DNA of 64,000 bases from Podarcis muralis (taxonomy: Eukaryota), in assembly GCF_964188315.1 (NCBI RefSeq), contig NC_135656.1, forward strand, positions 28,644,001 to 28,708,000. Reading direction: 5' to 3'. The notes under the pieces were generated by a model that searched no databases, was not told the DNA's origin, and saw nothing but the letters and a program-made list of their open reading frames with translations. Position numbers and translations under genes: made by a program. Positions 56,434 through 64,000 of this stretch are shown in pieces (positions within the stretch are counted from its first letter, which is position 1; every line of letters starts with the position of its first letter).

Positions 56434-57033
56434 CTTTAAAGGGAGGGATGGGAAAACCATGGCCTTATAGATGTTGTGGGACTGCCGCTCCATGAGACCC
56501 AACCAGCTTGGCCAGTGGTCAGAGATGATAGGTGTGGTGGCCCTCCAGATGTTGCTGGACTACAAGTTTCCCCATCTCTGCTTTAAAGTAATACCAGCAC
56601 CCTTGCCCAAGGCAACATGCTGCAATGTTCACATGACCTCAATTCAGTATCGTGGCCCTATCTTCCTTACCCGCAAACAGAGTGGCAGGTGATATCCATT
56701 CTGATACTTGGCAATGCAGAGCCAATGCTTTCCCTCCGCTGCTCTGAACAAAAAGTACACCGTAGCCTCTGTGGTGCAGAGAACAGATGGGTGTGAAAGT
56801 TCAGAGGCCCCTTCTATCATAAGTTTCTGGTATGGTCTTGGGTAAGCTTTTACCTGTCTGCAGAATAAGAGTAATAGCCACCTGCCCTCCATTAAAATTG
56901 CTAATTTTAAAATGTGCTCCATAAAAGCATTGGCCTGCCACTCCTGTGTTTCCTTACCTGTAAGTAAGCCTCACAGAGGTGAGGCTTACTTCTGAGTAAT
57001 TATACTATTGGGTTGCACTGTTTATCCCTGTAG

Positions 57034-57525
<492 letters not shown>

Positions 57526-58410
57526 TGAGGCAGGGAGCAGAGAGTGCCGCTCCCCTGTGCCAATGTGCAAAGCGCAAGCTGGCACAGCACGATGGAGAGA
57601 AGCATTTTTTGCTGAGGCAAGCAAGGTACACTCAGGAGGTGCATGTCTTCTGGGTACCAGGGCCTGAGATAGTGTGGTTGTAGGGCGAAGGGCAAGATGC
57701 ATTCAGGCAAGGGCATGTCTACATGATTCTTTTCATTGCTTTGGGGACTTTAGGGCCAAAAGGTGATCTATAAAGACAACACAGGACAATGCTAACTGGG
57801 AGGGATTAGATGCACTTGCACAGTGCACAGGATTTGTCATGGTCAGCCTAGCTTCAATGTTGATCTTCCACCAACCGGTATTGTGAGGCTAGCATAGAGT
57901 TTGTAGCCACACCTGGCTTCTTGCTTTCAAATGCTCTGGGGGACAGAATACCTCCCTTTCTTCCCAGCTGCGCATCACAGTGCCCAACAGGATGTATGAA
58001 AAGCTGCTGTTCATTTTGATAGTGCTGTTTTCCCATCCCCCAGTGAGGAGACAGCCTTAGCTGATGCTTGTGTTGTACTAAGACATATTCATCACACTTG
58101 GTGCAGACTTTTAGAATCCAAGCAGTTCTGACACTAAGGAAACATCAGCTCAGTGTTAATAAACTGTGCTAATCAAATCAATAATATGTCCAGTTACTGA
58201 TTCTGCGGTTTGTCTGCCGTTAGCAACTTTGGTTTTTCTAAACCAAATCTTTGGAGTGTTTGGAAAGTAAGGAGCTTTGTAAAAGTTAGAGGGAAAGGGC
58301 AGCATTCAGTGGTGTCTAGGCAGAATGCGAGGAAAGAGAACGTGAGTGGAGACCATGGCAGATGAGCAGATAGCTATGCAAGGCATGGAATGCCGGTGCC
58401 TGAATACTAG

Positions 58411-58776
<366 letters not shown>

Positions 58777-58814
58777 TGAGATGTGCGCGTGTGTTTGTCT
58801 GTCCCCAAAGTTAA

Positions 58815-59267
<453 letters not shown>

Positions 59268-59389
59268 TGAAAAGCGGGAGATGAATATTGCCACAGAGGC
59301 AAATTCAGATGGGCCACCAACCTATGAACTCAGGAGGCACCCTTAGAGATCTGTCCTTGAGATTTCTAACTCTCCCCTCTCTGCTACAG

Positions 59390-59563
59390 GCACAGAGCCT
59401 TCTCCTGCACTCTTGGTTTCCACCTTCTGCCGTCGCAACAAGAGGTCTTCCAGTGATGTTCCCCATTCCAGTGAATCGGCACCAAGCCTGTGTGCTGAGG
59501 GGCGGGAGAGCTCAGAGTCAGCCAAAAGCACCGGCAAGAAGGCAACGAGCAAAGAAAAAGCTG
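59390..59563 (+). CDS. BAHCC1: BAHCC1 exon (CTEPSPALLVSTFCRRNK...KATSKEKA)
   Basis: ctacag|GC acceptor, G|gtaagc donor. 174 nt, phase 1-1. Confidence 0.93.
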
Positions 59564-60065
59564 GTAAGCCAATTCTCCATTGCTTGCCTTTCATTAGAAA
59601 GGCGCTCAAAGGTCCTGTGTCTGTCTTGCTTTTTATCCTCACACAAAACCCTGTGAGAGGGATTAGGCGGAGAGGGTGACTTGCCCCAGGGCTACCCAGT
59701 AAAACTTTGCAGCAGAACAGAAACTTCCTTTTTAATATGTACACCGCCTTTCTACATTGTTACACACAAGGCAGTTTACAAGCCATAGAAATGATAAAAT
59801 ATGCAACAAAGATCACACGTCCTATTAACAATCTGATCCAATGCAAATCATAATGAAAAATATGACTAAAAACAAAGACGCTTAATGCAATAGTCAATAA
59901 TCTGTTTCAAATACAATATTGCACAATAAAATGAACCCTTAACGTATCAGCAAATAATAATTAAACAGAAAATCACACCTCAAAAACCACATCAAATCAT
60001 TACTGGACTGTAATCAATAAAAATAACAGCAAAGTCACAATGCATAAAACACCACAGATCATGTA

Positions 60066-60117
<52 letters not shown>

Positions 60118-61019
60118 AGCAGCAAAGTCACATAGCTTATAAAATTACAAAATATAGCTGGTTCCTTGCTCCAGGTCCATTATGTAATCCAGAAGTACTT
60201 GGACCCCTACCTGCAAAAAAAGAAGGCCATCTAAGTTATGGAAAGAGCAGCGTGTAAACATCAAAATGAAGCAGCACCATAAAAGGTGGGCCAGGGTTCA
60301 TGAACCCTGACAAAGCGTTAGTGGACATCAGTTGGGGGTGGAACACCAGGAAAGGGAGATAGACCAAGATATAATAGAGTTATAAACAAAACCCGGTGAA
60401 CTCTGAACTCTGTACCAAACATTTTACTCTTCTTTAGACTGCAATTGCCCCAAATCCAACCTTTTTCATGGTTGTTCATCACTATTCGAAGACACCACCA
60501 CCATCGCTGCTGCTTCAGTTGCCTTCTCTCCTCGGTCCCCCCTCCATTTCATTCCTCCTCAGGAGATCCCAGCCAATCAGGGACAATATACTCCAAGGGA
60601 CAACGTGATTATGTGCCTATATATTGATGTCACTAAGGGCAAAAAGAAGTGAGGTCAATGCATCCTACACTGGACACATGGGAGATCCTAACAAGCAGAG
60701 CTCTTCTTTTGGCTTCACTCTGTCTCTTAGCATTTCTTCTGCCAAATGAGAATGGTTTGCAAGTCAAGGGCTGCTGGTGGGCTGTGTCATGGATTCCTGG
60801 GGAGGGAGAAGTGAATGAACAGTGAGAGCTGCTACTTCCTGCCTTTTGCCATTCGCCATTCTGCAGAAATACTTTGACAGTGTCCGAGTCAGACACTTGC
60901 AGGATCTGTGGCGCTCATCTAACTGTGATTGCTACCTATTTAGTATCTACTTTTTTAAACACCCATTTCATTCCCCACCCCTTTCTGGATGGCTTTTTTT
61001 TTAGCATACAAAGAGGATA

Positions 61020-61232
61020 CAGTGGACCCTCTGGATACGAATTTAACTTGTTCCAGGGGTCCATGCGCGCCCTGAGAAATCCGTATCCAGAGGCGCTGCT
61101 TCTGTGCATGCACATGGCGCAATAGAGCGCTTCTGCGCATGCGGCGTAACCCGGAAAAATATTTCCGGGTTTGCCACTTTCACAACCTGAAGTTTACGTT
61201 ACTTGAGAGTAACGTAACCCGAGGGTCTACTG
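61020..61232. mobile_element. TA-flanked MITE family E
   Basis: TA|cagtggaccctctggatacg...cgtaacccgagggtctactg|TA (17/20 TIR match), with internal hairpin aacccggaaa-aata-tttccgggtt. Confidence 0.82.
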
Positions 61233-61366
61233 TAGTCCTTATCGGCTCAACCCATCTGACCAGGCCCCGGCAAGAATAAATGAAAGCAGTTGCATGGGGG
61301 AAGGACATAGGAAGATTAAACGCAGTTTCTTAGTGCAGTTGGCAGCCCCCACCAGTATTTCTCTGA

Positions 61367-62563
<1,197 letters not shown>

Positions 62564-63609
62564 TAGTATGCAAATTAAGGGAAATGGTTTTGAATCTGCT
62601 TTGTCTGGTTGTTAAAACTGTATCAATGGGGTTTTGTTTTGGCAAGAGCTATTGTGACAGAGCTGGAAGGAAATGGTAGGAGGAAGCGGTTCATAAGTCT
62701 TTCTGTGCCTTTCAACAGGAGGATAGGCTAAGCTTGGGAGGCTTCCTTCTCCGCTCTTCATACTGCCTTCCTGTAACTGACCTGGCGGAAAGACCCAAGT
62801 TCCCTTTCTCTCTTTTTGTGTGATAAAAGAACCATGAATTCCTGTTTTTACACTTCAGCCTCAGGTTAACAAATTAGGATGCTCGTGCTGCCCATCTCGG
62901 GCACACTTTGCTCAGATGTACATCCAAGTAAACACTTAACCACATAGACAGGCTCAGAACTGGGCTGCAAAACAGCCTTTGGGGCTTTCGTGAGCCCCAC
63001 AGAGATTAGACTGGTGTTCGCTGCCGTGCATCGGTGGTCACCAAATCCTCCGGGTTGGCCAGGGATCACTGTCTTTACTAACTTGCATTCAGTTGTCCTA
63101 GATACTTCACACAGGAAATCTGCAATAGTGGCCAATTTTTTGTAAGCGCTTCTGCATTTGTGGGAACACGGCCGAGGTTTCATAATGGCTAGCAGCCTCC
63201 TGCGAGTGGCTAGTGGTACAGTGGGAACGAGCTGCTTCTCTTCCACGCACTCGGTTATCTTGCTCCCTGTGAGGCACCAGCCATGTTCTGTGTGTCTTGT
63301 CCTTAGGCTGCATTCCATGTCAATACAGTCCTTCTGGGCACCCGTACCTCGCAGGACATAAAAAGGCACCTGACAACCCCATTGGGTTTTTTGATGTTGA
63401 TTATCCTCTCCCAGGGATTCTTGCTAAAGCCAAGCTTGCTTTTGATCCAGAGTGGGCCCCTCACTTATGCTCCGTTGCTACAGGCTGCAGAGGGCATCTT
63501 CTGCTGTTGACATGCAGGGCTTTGTTTCCATGGCAACAGTCAGAATCCCGTAGGAGGCAGAACCCCACCAGGGCCTGTCGGAAGGCGGGGTGGTGGGGAC
63601 CCTATGTGA

Positions 63610-63942
<333 letters not shown>

Positions 63943-64000
63943 TAGGTGGGGGGAAGGAGGGTGAGGCAGGCACAGGGTGTGGCTGAACTAGTACTACCTG

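Noticed and set aside
56962-56991. Perfect 13-bp hairpin aagtaagcctcac-agag-gtgaggcttactt
   Set aside because: It continues as cttacttctgag and resembles a common palindromic squamate repeat remnant, so it is probably transposon-derived.
60292-60309. 18-bp palindrome cagggttcatgaaccctg
   Set aside because: About 0.2 are expected by chance in 64 kb, so it is not significant.

Overview
Vertebrate genomic DNA, very probably from a lacertid lizard: the Sauria/Squam1- and Squam3-like SINEs and the squamate-type MITEs point to this, but it is an inference from repeat content. The window covers most of one + strand protein-coding gene, BAHCC1. I traced 25 coding exons from 20768 to 63897 by comparison with the human BAHCC1 sequence as I recall it. 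All intron phases are consistent and give one open frame of 7187 nt (about 2395 codons). It is BAHCC1 rather than the paralog TNRC18 because the BAH exon reads [35 protein letters not shown] did not find the first coding exon (MDGRDFAPP...-type); it may lie upstream or in the N-gap at 1081-1238. The last BAH exon lies beyond the window. Introns contain SINEs, TA-flanked and hAT-type MITEs (two nested insertions with target-site duplications), truncated L1/L2/CR1 fragments and microsatellites. Nearly all other ORFs in the supplied track are intronic or antisense noise. I see no convincing new biological system. The best leads are modest: a GC-AG intron, a candidate alternative first coding exon in frame with the next exon, a sense L1 3' end that could supply an intronic poly(A) site ahead of the Tudor/BAH exons, an inverted MITE pair, and several candidate enhancers.
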